Shown here piece by piece: positions 63,593 to 64,000 of a DNA stretch of 64,000 nt. The position numbers and the translations under genes were made by a program. The stretch is taken from contig CAKKNE010000002.1 in NCBI GenBank assembly GCA_918797485.1, forward strand, positions 3,100,001-3,164,000. The letters run 5' to 3'. The notes below the pieces were generated by a model. It worked only from the letters and a program-made list of their open reading frames with translations. It ran no database searches and was not told the DNA's origin. Position 1 is the stretch's first letter. Each line of letters opens with the position of its first letter. The DNA is from Pelagomonas calceolata. Taxonomy: Eukaryota.

Positions 63593-64000
63593 GTGTGTGA
63601 ACAAGTCACGGACGGTCGCGCGGTGGCGCCGCGTCGCGACTTTGAGTACCGGTCCGGGTCCAGGGCTGTCTTGGCGGTGTCGCGGATCGAAAAAAGGCGA
63701 ATTTCGGCGCGTGAGGTTGGCTTCAATTCCCAGGTCCGTTCAGATGAGCTCCAATTCCCCCAGGTAAAGGCACAAAGTGGCTTCGACATACGACGCGGCT
63801 CAAACGAGATAGAAACGCCGCGGCGCCCCGCCAAGCGTCGTAGCGAGGTCGTCGCGCTGCAGACAACGCGGAGAAAAAATAGTGCGCGGTCTGAGACGCT
63901 GCAGCCGAAGTTTAAGCTGCGGCAGAGCAGGCGAGGCATTCGTGGCACCTCCTCTCCCAAAAACCACAGAACGCGCCGCAAAACGCTGCGCAGCGGACGC

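Noticed and set aside
63600..64000. Possible gene or transposon start at the window end (ORF 63361..63981)
   Set aside because: No motifs, overlaps the HDAC antisense, insufficient context

Overview
Eukaryotic, gene-dense, high-GC nuclear DNA. Cycloartenol synthase, bipartite signal/plastid-transit peptides, short spliceosomal introns and TIR-type introner elements point to a pelagophyte stramenopile (Pelagomonas/Aureococcus-like); this assignment is an inference. About 26 protein genes are supported: nocturnin-like EEP, VPS54, GRIP golgin, tropomodulin-like LRR, SMG1-like PIKK, TPMT, SRPK, DPM1, cwf21 protein, RPS18, cycloartenol synthase, KMO-like monooxygenase, histidine phosphatase, a ~3800-aa DUF285/REJ/GPS polycystin-like receptor, an SH3-SAP-OmpA-like protein, an LRR-IQ protein, an MRH protein, RPL7, a Rossmann-fold protein, an HDAC and several orphans. 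The most striking signal is a family of short DNA-transposon-like elements forming five introns in four genes. They have TIRs CTGTGTGGAAATCAA...TTGATTTCCACACAG and, where preserved, 8-bp target duplications. The TIR supplies the AG acceptor and the upstream 8 bp supply the GT/GC donor. They occur in both orientations and form an internal-deletion series. Other signals: a 771-bp MULE-like insertion with a 9-bp TSD, a recurrent CTAGTG-N-CGCTAG dyad in about ten promoter regions, an identical 35-bp element about 30 nt upstream of two unrelated start codons, and a small TM ORF whose stop abuts the TPMT ATG in frame. All splice models were derived by hand from the sequence, not from transcripts.
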